This document shows positions 40,990-55,029 of a stretch of DNA of 64,000 bases, piece after piece. Source of the stretch: Octopus sinensis (lineage: Eukaryota); contig NC_043014.1 in assembly GCF_006345805.1 (NCBI RefSeq), forward strand, positions 2,232,001 through 2,296,000, read 5' to 3'. Under the pieces are notes generated by a model, which worked only from the letters and a program-made list of their open reading frames with translations, was not told the DNA's origin and did no database searches. The translations under genes and the position numbers were made by a program. The number at the start of each line of letters is the position of its first letter. Position 1 is the stretch's first letter.

Positions 40990-41029
40990 TATTATTATTA
41001 TTATTATCATCATCATCATTGATCAATAT

Positions 41030-41480
41030 TTGGTAGTTTCGGACTAATTGCTGCTGCATCATCTGCTGCACCTCCATGTTGTTGGGGGGGTAGGATTGTG
41101 TGCTCCTTCTGTTGTTAGGAGTGTACAAACTCTTCCCTGTGTTGTATTGCGTCAATTTCTTCTGCCATGGGGCTTGGGCAGTTTTTGTTGAATTAGTGTT
41201 TGTATTGTATGTTCTTTTGTGCAAATCCCAGCTTGCTGGTGGTAGTTTATTTCATTGGATATTTTCTATATACACAGTGTGTCTTTGTGGATTGTTTTAT
41301 TTTATGTTGCATTATTGAACTGATAGTGTCTTACGTAAGAAGTGGGCTGTTCCTAGCAGAGCTACCTCTTGGAGAGAGTGTGTGGTGTTGAGAATCCAGG
41401 TATAGCTTTTAAGCTTTCGTTCACATGTCTTTTTTTTTATCATGCCCAATGTTCCAATTATTTCTGGTATTGTTTTCAAT
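41030..41480 (-). mobile_element. 3' end of an R4/Dong-like (RLE) non-LTR retrotransposon ending in (GAT)/(AAT)n
   Basis: Minus-strand translation ...KTIPEIIGTLGMIKK...KAIPGF...LQEVALLGTAHFLRKTLSVQ* is typical of the C-terminus after the restriction-like endonuclease, followed by a UTR of about 280 bp and a trinucleotide tail. Confidence 0.65.
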
Positions 41481-42321
41481 GGTAGTGGTAGTAGAGCTAG
41501 CGGTGGTAGTAGTGATAAAGGATAGTGGTGGGTGGAGGGTTGTGACTGTCCTGGCCCTCCGTCGGTTACGACGACGAGTGTTCCTGTAGATCCGATTAAA
41601 CGGTGGTGGTGATGGTGGTGGTGGTGATGGTGGTGGTGGTTGTGGTGGTGGAGGTGGTTGTGGTGGTGGTGGTAGTGATGGGAGGACTGTGGTGATTGTG
41701 GTGGTGGTAGTGGTTGTGGTGGTGGTGGAGGTGGTGGCAGTTGTGGTGGAGGTGGTTGTGGTGGTGATGGTTGTGGTGGTTGTGGTGGTGGTGGTGGTGG
41801 TGAGGGGGGATTTGGTGGTGGTGGTGATGGGGGACTGTAGTGGTTGTGGTGGTGGTGGTGTGGTGGAGGTGGTTGTGGTGGTGGAGGTGGTGGTGGTGGT
41901 GGTCTTCGTCGTTGGCGTCGTCGTCCTCGTTTTATTGCTGTTTTTTATACTGTTTTTGTTATTGTTTTGCCTTCTTTTTGTTTTCTTCCTTTTGCTAATT
42001 CGTCCCAAATTGGTCTGCACCAACTCGACCCATAATCAAAATTATTCAGCCTTGAACACACGGACTTAATTCCAGATACAGCCTTCCTTATACAATATTA
42101 ATATCATTCTTTATTAGGTCAGTAGATTACTATTTCAAGGGAATTTAGCTGCTATGTCTTACAGGCTGAGTAACAACACAGTGACTCACAAACTACCTTG
42201 TTTTTGATTAACCCTTGGTTAGTCTTGACCCAGTAGAGCTATGATCAATGTCTTTCCAGCTAGGCGGCTATTTCCCCTTTTCTCTCAGACTATTTAGGAC
42301 TTCATTCTTTAAGGTGACGTG

Positions 42322-42580
42322 TGGGGACGCGTGGCTTAGTGGTTAGGGTGTCAGCATCATGACCGCAAGATTGTGGTTTCGATTCCTGGACCGGGCGACG
42401 CGTTGTGTTCTTGAGCAAAACACTTCATTTCACGTTGCTCCAGGCCACTCAGCTCGCAAAAATGAGTAATGCTGTGATGGACTGGCGTCCTGCCCAGCTG
42501 GAGAACACATACGCCATAGAAACCGGGAAACCGGGCCCATGAGCCTGGCTAGACTTTAAAAGGGCGCATTTATTTTTTTC
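42322..42580 (+). mobile_element. tRNA-derived SINE, family D (V-domain-like GATGGACTGGCGTCC...AGAAACCGGG)
   Basis: GGGGACGCGTGGCTTAGTGGTTAGG A-box and GGTTTCGATTCC B-box; body resembles V-SINE cores. Confidence 0.7.
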
Positions 42581-42991
42581 TTTAAGGTGACCCTTTTAAA
42601 GGTTATAACATGTGATTTTAAGAAGTTTTGGTTTCTATTTCTAATATGTCAAGAGACCACAAAGAGCCAGCATGAGTATCCTCTTTTCAAGACTCTTGTC
42701 GCATGAGGCAGGGCTCATTATCAGGCGAACCGCTCAAATAAAAACCATTCAAGGTCATTTTTCGTTCTGCATACTATTCAGAAAGTGTTGTGTGTCGCAG
42801 TTTTCCCCATGACTGACACAGGCGCTCCATTGTTTATCCATGCTGCTTGATCTTACGGCATGAAGTGTATCAGCCGGTACACCTAATGACAAGAGTATTT
42901 TGGCGAGTACTTTTGACCCTAGTGTAACAGAAAAATAGGGACTGTAACAATGACGAATTCCGCAGAGAACACATTTAGGGCGAAAATATAC

Positions 42992-43035
<44 letters not shown>

Positions 43036-43109
43036 GTTGTTTCTGATGCGTTATGTAGATGGTATTTGCATTGCCCCTAGGGTTGTTAAATGTGTCACGG
43101 TTCATTTTT

Positions 43110-43250
43110 GAGGGGCTCTTTTCAGTGCAGTCTGCGCGTTGGCTCAGCTTTCTATTATTAATCTATGAATGTGGTGCTCTGTATTTGATGTGTTTGAATA
43201 TGATAGTTTTACGGTGTGCTGGTTGAATAGATTGCTGTACGTGCCATATA
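43110..43250 (-). mobile_element. Penelope-like element fragment (RT to GIY-YIG linker)
   Basis: Minus-strand YSNLFNQHTVKLSYSNTSN resembles the conserved IFNRNTVKISYSC.PN motif of Penelope-like elements. Confidence 0.5.
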
Positions 43251-44020
43251 TATATCGGTGGCAACTCCACCACTCAAGCTCTTCGGGCTTAGCCCGAGTA
43301 TAGATTAATAAAGTGAACGTGTATTTTTCAAGCTGGTTTAATTTCTATTAACACAGACTTCAAGCAAGTAAGTTATGTAATTGCAGTCAATAACTAGAGC
43401 TCCTTTTATTGAGCCTGGTCGCAGTTCATGATTTTCGTTCAGTGTCTGGCGGTCGTCTTAGAGAAGCCCTGTTCCAAAACGTATCATTCGTAGCAGACGT
43501 TCTCTCGACATCGTTCGCACGTGCCTGACTCAGACTCAGAAGTTACAGCCCGAGTTGTATTCTATAATCGCAAAAATTAAAAGTAATTCAAATTCAATGT
43601 TTTCTTGAAACAATAAATTTCTATAGAGATTAGGATTTAAGTTCCAATCTATAAAAAAATTCTGTTCTATAATATTCTTAAAGGAACGGAAAATTATCCA
43701 GCAACTCGGGCTAATACAAACGAGCCTGGTAGGTGTAAAAGACTAACTGGCATCTCTTGTCAAGAGTACAGGCGACAGTCAGATCGCTGGTGTTTGTTGT
43801 GCATTCCGCTTTCATTATTTGATTGCTGTTATTCTGTGCGTCTGTGTATGAAGATCAGTTGTGTTTTTCAGGACTGCTTTATTTTTGCCCTTAACTTAGA
43901 AATGGAGAAAGACAAGGATACAAAATAAAATCCATTTGGGGCTAGAAATATTGCAGGTAAACGTGAAATCTGTACAATCAGCGACAAGCCCGAGTGACGC
44001 TGATGACCTTGAGTCGCCTG

Positions 44021-44052
<32 letters not shown>

Positions 44053-44240
44053 AATCTGCTGTAATATTTACAGCTTTTAATAAAATGTTGTAGTAGGAAA
44101 CAATTGTACTAAATTACTGGATTCATTCTTGCTGCTTATTTATTTATTATAATCACCCAGCATATTTTTATGGGTAACACCATACAAAATTCTGGTGCAT
44201 CTAAATTAAGTACCATTTTCATTTGAATCTAAATTGTTGC

Positions 44241-44274
<34 letters not shown>

Positions 44275-44377
44275 CGCACACACAGACACGTAAACATACA
44301 TGCATACTTGGAAGTATATACATACATCCAATGAAATTAAAAAGACAAACAAACGAGGTGAGTGTATTTTAAAAATT

Positions 44378-44428
<51 letters not shown>

Positions 44429-44878
44429 TAATAATAATAATAATGATAATAATGCTCAAAAATTATAATAATCATCATAACCATAAGAATCATAATTATA
44501 ATGAATAAATTGAAACTTGATTTCAAAAAACCATTCAAACAACCCAAAAACCCCTGGGACATAATCGAGAATTCTGTGTCCAGAGAAAACCCGATTCAGT
44601 GCCAAGTGTTAAGGGCTGAAGTTCTGGTTTAGTGATCCTTCTAGAAATTTTCTGTTTTGCTATTTGACCAACCACGGAATAAAAAAAAAATGGTGGATGG
44701 ATGTCTCATATATTTGTGCATTTCTGTATGTGTATTTATATATGTATGTGTGTGTCGTGCATATGCAAATGGTTGTGAGTGTGTGCTTGCACACGTGTAA
44801 GCACTTGTATAAAAATGTATTTGTATATATGTGTATGTGTATATTTATATATATATATATATATAATAATATATATAT

Positions 44879-44926
<48 letters not shown>

Positions 44927-45096
44927 ATATACATATAATATATATATTTGTGTGTCTGTGTACATGTTATACATATGTATATGTATATATATATACAAAT
45001 ATATATGCATATAATCATTTGTACGTCCCATATTTATATGTACATGTATATATATAGATATATATATATATAGAAGATAGATAGATAGATAGATAG

Positions 45097-45137
<41 letters not shown>

Positions 45138-45875
45138 TAGATATACATACATATACATGTATATATATATACATATATATATATATATACATATATATGT
45201 ACACATATACATATATGTATAAATATATATGTATATGTATATATATATGTGTATATATATATATATACATATTTGTGTGTGTGCGTGTGAGTATGTGCAT
45301 GTGAGTGTATACACACATATCAGTGTCTATGTGTGTTACACATGTATATATGCATACAAAATGTATTCTGTATACACTTACGAAGATTTTACATGCACCA
45401 ATATTTAATTTGTATATGCATTTATAAGTGCATATATATTATGCATGCATGTATATATATATATATATATTATATATATATATATATATATTTATACATA
45501 TATATATACATATGCATATATGCGTATGTTCAGTCTCTTTTTCAGTTTTCCCCCATCTTTTCTAGATTCTAGAATCTTCCGTCTCTCTTTTACTGACTCC
45601 GACGCCATATTACATCAGTTTCATTCCTTCTTCACCAGCAAAAAGCTCAGTCGTTATTACGACATATTGATTGTGACGCAAGAGATTTCTTAGCACGAGT
45701 TTTCGATAGGAAACAATTATTTTTCACAGTGGAAACATCTGCACATTCGCCATATTTGACACGACTCGTAATTTTTAATTTTTTTTAACAACAAGGCTTG
45801 GACATAGAGGCAAAGTGTGGCTTTTCTTGTTTTACCTTTCGCTTAAGTACAACACTTGCACACCTTGAAAGTGAC

Positions 45876-45911
<36 letters not shown>

Positions 45912-46068
45912 TTTGATGGCATGCACTACTCTCTCACTCAATAATAATAATAAGGATGATGGTGGTGGTGATGATGGTGATGATGATGGTGGTGCTGGTG
46001 ATGGTGGTGCTGGTGGTGATGATGATGATGATGATGACAACGACGACGACGACGATGACGATGATGAC

Positions 46069-46104
<36 letters not shown>

Positions 46105-46623
46105 AGAGCACTAACAATCAAGTTCGAGAAATATGTCAGAGAAGTCGGAATTGATATGAAAGTAGAGCAAACCCCAACAAACCGCTCTGCTGGGGATAGC
46201 TAGGATTTTGAGATTGGCACTTGGATGTTGAACGTCCTCCATGATAATTAACAACCAAGTATCAAAGCTTATAATGTGCGGGAGGAGACCCTGTGAGATC
46301 TCTGGCAGCAGGGTGCTGTCCACTCTCACTGATTCTACCAAAACAAACAAGACCAAACGTTCTGGTCCTAGCTATTGAATTACAGAGACTATGGAAAGTG
46401 CGGGTAAAATGTATCCCAGTAGTTAAAGGTGCATTGGGAACTATCCCTAAAGATCTGAACAGATGGATAGAGGGAATAGGCATAAAACCCAGTTTAGTAC
46501 AGCTGCAGAAAACAGTATTATTAGGGACAGCTAGGATACATAGCAGGATTCTTGGCATCTAAGGTTACTTGGTGTAGCCCTATGTTAGGAATTTTTCTTT
46601 TCGAACAGTCTAATCTGTTGAGT
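46105..46623 (+). mobile_element. 5'-truncated R4/Dong-like RLE retrotransposon embedded in (GAT)n/(AAT)n microsatellite
   Basis: LAIELQRLWKVRVKCIPVVKGALGTIPKDLNRWIEGIGIKPSLVQLQKTVLLGTARIHSRILGI* is the characteristic RLE C-terminus; a 60-bp UTR is followed by a long (AAT)n. Confidence 0.8.
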
Positions 46624-46624
46624 G

Positions 46625-46694
<70 letters not shown>

Positions 46695-46714
46695 TAATAA
46701 TAATAATAATAATG

Positions 46715-46783
<69 letters not shown>

Positions 46784-46883
46784 CTTTATTGCCCACAAGG
46801 GACTAAACACAGAGGGGACAAACGAGGACAGACAAAGGGAATAAGTCGATTACATCGACTGGTACTTAATTTATCGACCCCGA

Positions 46884-46929
<46 letters not shown>

Positions 46930-48269
46930 TCATTTCACTTTTGTACAGAACTGGAGAAGTAACATGTCTTTCTTCAAAAGAAAACACAAATATTATCAAT
47001 GCAAAAAAGTATTCACAGTGCATTCATAAGTAGACACAAGCACCTATACCTACAATTGCAAGTCAGTAATTATCTTCTGTTAATTTACAGCTTTCCCTGT
47101 TCGAGGGACCATTAGATGAACCAGCGTCACTAGGTTGGTAACTCTCAACTCACTTCGGTGAGGTTTGAACCTGAAACCTCGGTTGAGTTGTCGTTCTTGA
47201 ATTTCATTCACTGCAGTTGTTCTGATTTCTGATTGCTCTAAAAGAATAACAGTGTTCAGTGACCCGTTTTTTCTGGTTTATTTTTTTACCATTAATTAGT
47301 TTTACTTTTGTAACATTGATTAAACTTATTACAATACTATGTTTTTATACATAGATTATTTTTCAACATAGTCCCCTAATGTTTTAATCAAAAAAATTGC
47401 TCAACTGGCCAAAAGCTTCTCCCTAAGATATCAGAAAAATAATGTCTTCGGCTGACAGATAACTCACGAATCCACAGCTTTCTTCACTTTTTCATACCAT
47501 AAACGGCAACATACAGTTCCCCGAGCAATTCTGAAAGCCTTCCGTGGATTTTTGGCGCTTCATTTAGTAAACAAAACCAAAATCAAACACTGGAAGCTGC
47601 TCATTTTTTTGGAAGATTCAGAAAAAGTTTCAAATATATAGAGCCTTGATTGGTGCCGGACAATATTTAGTGACCCACGTACAAATAATTTTCCCGCCAA
47701 TAAGAGAAACACAGAACCGCGTTACGAATGATTTAGCGACTCGCTGTCGTGTAATGTGTGTCTGAATATGTTTGTGTGTGTATCTGTGTAAATATGACTG
47801 CATGCATGCATTTAAGTAGGTGTATATAAATATATATATATATGCACACACATACACATGTATATATATATATATATTATATTATATACACACACACATA
47901 GATAGATAGATAGATAGATAGATAGATTATATATATCTATACATAATCGTGCGTGTATAAGTATATATATTATATATATATATATATAATATATATATAT
48001 ATATATAAATATACGTATGTATATGTATGTATATATGTGTGTGTGTGTGGTATATATATATGTGCGTGTGTGTGTCCGTGTGTTATCGAAGCGGTGGCGA
48101 GTTCTCGGCATCGTCGTCTAATTGGTGAGGCGCATGAACGGATCGTGGTGTTCGTCGATAACGTCGCATACTACTCAGTCTTTCTCTGCGCAATAAGACC
48201 GGACTCTGCGCCATAAGACCGGACTCGCGTTCGATGCCGCTGCCGACGAGCGAGAACTTGTCGGCGGTA

Positions 48270-48570
48270 CACGATTATAATTAACATGTCTTTTGGGGCC
48301 TCCGTTGGATTTGAAAACTGTCTGGCATCCACTGCATTCAAAGGTGTGCACAGACATATAGTCAGAATAGTTGGTGGAGGTTCGTTTTCCATGCGTTCGC
48401 AGATGAGATTTGAGGCCAGCCAAAGACAAGGCATGTTCTGTCACATACTGTGCACACATAAAGGTCATTGTCATTCACCTTCTCGATCGTACCATTTTCC
48501 CTTAGATCTCTTTTGAGTCTTACTCGTGTTATCCTGGCATCTTCAGATGCTTTCACGCCGCTCCACACCT
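48270..48570 (-). mobile_element. RTE-like LINE ORF C-terminus with two C2H2-type zinc fingers (frameshifted)
   Basis: [12 protein letters not shown]...YVCTVCDRTC / LSLAGLKSHLRTH...FECSGCQTVFKSNGGPKRHV across two minus-strand frames. Confidence 0.7.
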
Positions 48571-48641
48571 TTATATATGTATATATATACAACTCGGAGT
48601 TTTATCATGGCTACCGAATAATTGTCGCATATTACATTTAC

Positions 48642-48710
<69 letters not shown>

Positions 48711-49769
48711 TATATACATATATATACATATATATATATACATATAATATACATATACATATATACACAATATATATACATATATATATACATATAAATA
48801 TATACATATATATACATATACATATATATACATATTATATTATATATACACAACACACACACCATATATATATATAATATATATATATATAATATTTGAT
48901 TGCACGTCATTCGAACCACAGTTTCATTCAATAAGATCTTTTTACTCGACTGCATTTATCCTCAGACTGAGAAGAGAAGTCTGTGATCAGTATTCTTTCA
49001 AGTGAATGATATTAATTAGACATAAATTGTTATTTTCGTGATTTGAAGAAAGAATTTGTTCATGTGTCGGCAGGTAGAGTACAGCTCACCCTTTCCTTTT
49101 CGTTTTGTTTTTAGTGATGAATAATATAGTTTCTTTATAAGAGACTTGTCCAAATGATTCGATCAATTTCTCAATGCTAGTGCTTTATATGCTTTATATT
49201 TATTGCCCATGTTTTGCTGACGGCCCCCTTCTGAAATTCTTGAAAGAGAATTGATATTCTCGAACTGTTGATGAAGGAGGAGAATATTCTTCTCGTGCCG
49301 GCAATACTTTAATAAGTATTCTGTCTTGTACACAATAACGTACACACACACATATATATATTTATATATATACGTACATTCACACATCGTCATTCATACT
49401 TACATATATGCATACATATTGACTTTAAACAGCGAATCATAAGAAATATTAAAAGGCAAGTATTATATTTTAAAAGAAATACTTGAACTAAGCCACCACT
49501 TCATATCCTACTTGGTATTCATCTGATAGAGAAAAAAATCTGCATTCGAGATTCTGTCCCTTTTTATATTCACTGTTATTATCCTAAAACAGAAGCGAAA
49601 CGATTTGTAGCAATTCGCAATGAAAGCGGAAGTGACGTAATATCAAAATAGTCGACCTATGTGGATAGAGATCGTACAAAGCCCTGAAGTGGAAATGAAT
49701 TTGGGATTTGCAATAATTTCAAATTATACACATATGCATTTATCATTCTAGGTATCTATGTATTTATCT

Positions 49770-49912
49770 AAAAGTTTTTATTTTCATTTCACTAAATTTA
49801 TCAAGCTTCTGTGTATCTAGTACATACAATGTACTTATATATGAATAATATATGGCCTGTGCTAGAAACACCAGCGATAATAATTAATTTTATTTTATCG
49901 CATTCTGACTTT

Positions 49913-49917
<5 letters not shown>
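49770..49917 (+). mobile_element. Third copy of the 3' segment of the 401-bp HHR-bearing element, ending at (TA)n
   Basis: AAAAGTTTTTATTTTCATTTCACTAAATTTATCAAGCTTCTGTGTATCTAG...TTTATCGCATT matches 61975-62134 and 62376-62535. Confidence 0.85.
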
Positions 49918-49985
<68 letters not shown>

Positions 49986-50094
49986 TTAAAATTAAGGATA
50001 AAATCTTTATAAGAAATTATCAGTAGTTAGCGTGAAAACCTCGTAAGAGAAAAAATCCGTAAATTTTCCACTTTTAAAATATTTATTTATATTT

Positions 50095-50330
50095 TATAGA
50101 GGGTACTATTATTCATAGGCACCGCACGCTAGGAGGGACCTTTGCAGTAAAAACTACTAAAATAAACAAATTGTACCGAATGCAAAACTTCAAAGCAAGT
50201 CATTTTTAAAAAATTCTGTTTTTTAAATGACTTGCTTTGAAGTTTTGCATTCGGTAAAATTTGTTTATTTTAGTAGTTTTTACTGCAAAGGTCCCTCCTA
50301 GCGTGCGGTACCTATGAATATAGTACCCTC

Positions 50331-50334
<4 letters not shown>
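50095..50334. repeat. Near-perfect 240-bp palindrome (arms of about 110 bp, 3 differences) next to (TA)n
   Basis: TATAGAGGGTACTAT...CAAAGCAAGTCATTT | short AT loop | AAATGACTTGCTTTG...ATAGTACCCTCTATA. Confidence 0.95.
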
Positions 50335-50376
<42 letters not shown>

Positions 50377-51597
50377 ATGAAAGTATATAAATACATATAC
50401 AGAGTGAGTGAGAGAGTAGGAGAGTGAAGGAGAAGGAGGGATCTAGTTTGCAAAATATTTTACTTTCCGTAAACTATCCTTTTATGTAAACCAGGTGAGT
50501 GCGGCACTGAACCTGACAGAGGAAATACGTCGTTTTATTTAATTAATATTTAATTATAATTTTTCACACACAGGCCCACGTACAGACTAACAGTTACTTA
50601 CATATATACATACCCCGCAGACACACATACACACATACACATACACACATACACACACACACACACATACACATATACAAACAAATATAAACTATACATA
50701 GATGTATTTACTCATTCATGGGCTTGTTTTATATATATACATACATACATACTTATATATATATATATACATATATACATACATAATTATAAACACAGAT
50801 ATATATACAAATATAAGCAAACATATGTGCATGGGCATATAGTTGCTTGTTTGTGTTCATGTATATATATATATATTATATCAGTAGGCACGTCAAACAA
50901 AAAGCCAGGGAAATAACACACTCATGAGTTACATTTTGCATTTAAAAGAGTTTACTACTGACTTTGAGATTATAAAATCCTAAAGAGGAGCAGATCATAC
51001 AATAATGGCTCTAAAATATGTCATTAATGTACAGCAGAGAAAAGTCTAGTTTTGAATAAAATCAAATTTTCCGTGAATTATGTGTATATAATATCAGATG
51101 TTTGTATAAAATGTTGCTATTCTCACAAGCACCTACTCGAATTTTTAAAACACTCATCAGCCGCACCATATTAAACAGATTATCACATATTCCCATTTTT
51201 TCTCAATTATTATTTTCATTTTATGAGTATTTTCTTGACATGCATCATTTCTGATTTCTTTTCTGGGTCTTTGCTAGTTTCTCCTGGAATAACAATAACC
51301 TGAGAAATCGCTTCAAAACACTTTGGTGATTCTAACTTCTCTCTTTCACTTTGTCGCTCTACGAGAAAAAATCACTTTCAGGCAAAAAGATTTTAACAGA
51401 ATTGTGCAACTTGGATATAAAACCCTGTTGTCATGACGCCTCGTCTGAAATAAATTATACGTCATGTAAATTGATATAAGAATAGGTTATTCGGGATACG
51501 TTCATTGATCTAATATCGTCTGAAGAGGAATAGAATGTTACTTGTCACGAAACTATTACTAAGTTTTAACTTATACATACACCCGCACACATACTCG

Positions 51598-51686
<89 letters not shown>

Positions 51687-52787
51687 TAGTATACTAAGGA
51701 GTGTTATATTAGGAACATGAACACCAGAGTACCAGAGTAACTAATGCAGTTTTTTCAACTTCTAAAATGAATTATATATACACTACATAGTGAATTACAA
51801 TCTCTTTTTTCCCGTAAATAAATCCAGATGTACTACTTTTACACATACACACGTGCGTGTGTGTGTATATATATACATATATATATGCATATATATATAC
51901 ATATATATATACATATATATATATATACATATATATAAATACATACATGTGTGTTTGAGTGTGTGTACGTATGTGTATATATGTGAGTGTATGTTTGTGT
52001 ATGTGCATGTATTATGTACGTATGTGCATGTATTATATATATATATCATGATTCTGCTTAGCCATAGTGGTTCAATTAACAGATTGCTCGAACTCAATAT
52101 CGTTATGCTTCAAAGCAAATCAGCGAGTAAGTTTTGTCGACAAATAAAATGGCTCTGATGAAGCGCTAAGGTCTTGCAACGGCAATCACATTTTAGTACA
52201 CGTTTCCCTATAGCTGAAACAGCTGTGAACTAATGAAAGCGATTAGCTAACTTCTGTTTTTTTTGTTTTCTTTTCTTTTGTCATTCAGTTACATATATAC
52301 ATGTGCGTGTGTATGCTTCCATGTGTGAGTGCGTATATTACATATGTATCAATGTACATACACGCAGTCACACAGACACAGACACACGTATACATACATA
52401 CATACATACATACATACATACATACATACATACATAAATACATACATAAATACATACACACATACATACATACATACATACATACATAAATACATACATA
52501 AATACATACACACACACATACATAACATACATACATACATACATAAATACATACACACATACATACATACATACATACACACATACATACATAAATACAT
52601 ACACACATACATACATACATACATACATACATACATACATACATACATACATACACACATACATATATATACATATATATACACGTGTGTATTTGTATAA
52701 ACCCAATGTGTACTGCTGTTATTACTATCATTTACATACTTACACTCATGACACACATTTAGAGACGTACAAACCCCTTAAGGGGCT

Positions 52788-52910
<123 letters not shown>

Positions 52911-53998
52911 GTGACACGAAGGAGGCATGTTTCTGTTGTCTGTATGTTCACACTTTTCTCATGTCTTTTAGCACTGAAAGTAGAGAAATTGATATGATGT
53001 TGTCAGCTCACGTGATCAAATCGTAAAGAAGCAGACTTTGCAATGTTAACATAATAAAAGGATAAAGTGTACAAAAAAATGAGTACCCAAGCAAATAATA
53101 GGAATTCGCACCAAACTCACCCTCTTCAGTTCTTTCATATAGATGCGTGGCACAGTCGAGGGATCTGGTAGTCCTGCCACACACGCCAGACGATTCGCGT
53201 CTCGCTACGAGATATGTCTGTGCTTTTATGCACCATGCGTCTATATAAGAGGAACTCTCAAGGCAAATGCCGCTGTATTCAACGTTCTAACAAAACATCC
53301 ACGTTTAGTTGGATATAAACATTGCCTTTTGGCACTGGGACTGGTTACAGCGCAAATAATTATATATAGATATATACACATATTCGCACATATTTATATG
53401 TACATTCACACACACATATATGTATGTGTATATGAATACATTCATATATGTGCGCGTGTGTGTGTGTGTGTACATGCATTCATAGGTAGATAGACACATT
53501 CATATATGTATATATTCACGTGTGTATGTGTTTATGTGTGTGTGTGTGTGTGTGTGCATATAAGTACATGATAGATACATACATGCATGTATACATACAT
53601 ATATGTGTATGTAGCAGATAAGCCACCCACACCTGGATACAACTCAATTAACAAGAACTCCCTACTTGAATGAACCATAAACAAAACTTAACTTAAACAG
53701 GATTTAGATAATTCTATCAGGTGGCGCTATTAAGTTAGACATGGCCTGGACCAATCTTTGGTCGAAACATCTAAGTTTTGTCTAAGTTTATGCGTATATA
53801 TATTTACATATATGTACGCATTGTGAGTATTTGTGTTTCAGTATTCGCGTGCGTGTGTATGTCTGCTTGACTGTATGTGTGTCCTTATTCCTGTAGTCTC
53901 CCATGTTCCGGTTTTGTATAATATCCTGGTTGGTCTATTCACGTCGGCCTTGCATCAATGATCTCGCATTTTCGCACGCGATCTTTTCATCCGTCATA

Positions 53999-54395
53999 TC
54001 TTTATATATAAAAGAGAAGTTGTGTGTCTGTCTCCTACGATTTAGATTCCTAACTACTCCCACATTTTGCGGTGCAGTTTAACCAAAACCGGGTATCTTA
54101 TAGTCGTAATTCATATCGAGCCCTTCTGGGTATTAGCGCGCGTCTACGATGAGTCTACGATTTTAAAAAAAAATTACCATCAGTTTTTTCCATTTTAATG
54201 CATTTTTTGCTATTATATAAGGGAAGTAACTCTCTAGAAATGTCTACGATGAGTCAACGATTTAAAAAAAAATTTACCATCATTTTTTTCCCATTTTTAG
54301 TGCATTTTTTTGCTTATTTGTTGGTTATAACTCTCTAAAAATGCTTATATAGTTATTTCCCTTACAAACCCGAGCAACGCCGGATGATACTGCAG
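53999..54395 (+). mobile_element. Non-autonomous Helitron-like element
   Basis: Starts A|TCTTTATATATAAAAG; ends with CCCGAGCAACGCCGG hairpin-like motif then GATACTGCAG|T (degenerate CTAG); internal direct duplication of about 85 bp (GTCTACGATGAGTC...CTCTCTA). Confidence 0.65.
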
Positions 54396-54683
54396 TATTT
54401 CATAACTGATTATATGAAACTGCAGCAAAGAATATGTTTTGTTACAGCATTCTGATTCTGCTTATTAAGCACCACACATTATATCCACTTGTCTGCTAGA
54501 TCTTCAACCAATCATACAAAATAGTATGTGTGAATGTGTGTGTGTGTTTGTGTGTGTATGTGTTTGTCATCACCTTCCCCTCCTCCCTACCAAACGCACA
54601 CAGGAATACCCACAGAACTCGTTTAATTTCCATATTGGTAGAAAGGGATAAACGTTCTTTTGCTGTACATCCACTAACGTTAT

Positions 54684-54799
54684 ATCGCCTGAAGAAATGA
54701 ACCTATGATGATGATCAACCGGATGCCCACTGTAATCATCCCACGAATACGGACTGTGGTCTTAAGAGTCATGTGATTTGTGGAAACGCGCGTAGCGAT
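54684..54799 (+). ncRNA. Candidate type I hammerhead ribozyme with an extended, poorly paired helix II
   Basis: AUCGC CUGAAGA [87 nt] GAAA CGCGCG UA GCGAU: helix I of 5 bp, palindromic helix III ACGCGCGU, GUA cleavage triplet; helix II base not convincingly paired. Confidence 0.45.
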
Positions 54800-54866
54800 T
54801 CATTAAATGTTTATAAATTCCATCCAAGAATTATTATTATTATTACTACTATTATTATTATTATTA

Positions 54867-54928
<62 letters not shown>

Positions 54929-54940
54929 TATTATTATTAC

Positions 54941-55029
<89 letters not shown>

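Noticed and set aside
41421-42069. Long Thr/Pro-rich and Val/Gly-rich ORFs resembling mucin or extensin
   Set aside because: Derived from a (GGT)n-type microsatellite flanked by LINE and SINE remnants.
45500-45780. Possible first exon (ATGGCGTCGGAGTCA, minus) of gene 1
   Set aside because: No convincing donor; the frame runs into microsatellite.
50095-50334. Palindromes as library or assembly fold-back artefacts
   Set aside because: Arms differ by substitutions and indels and several recur as repeat families; an artefact is less likely, though not excluded without long reads.
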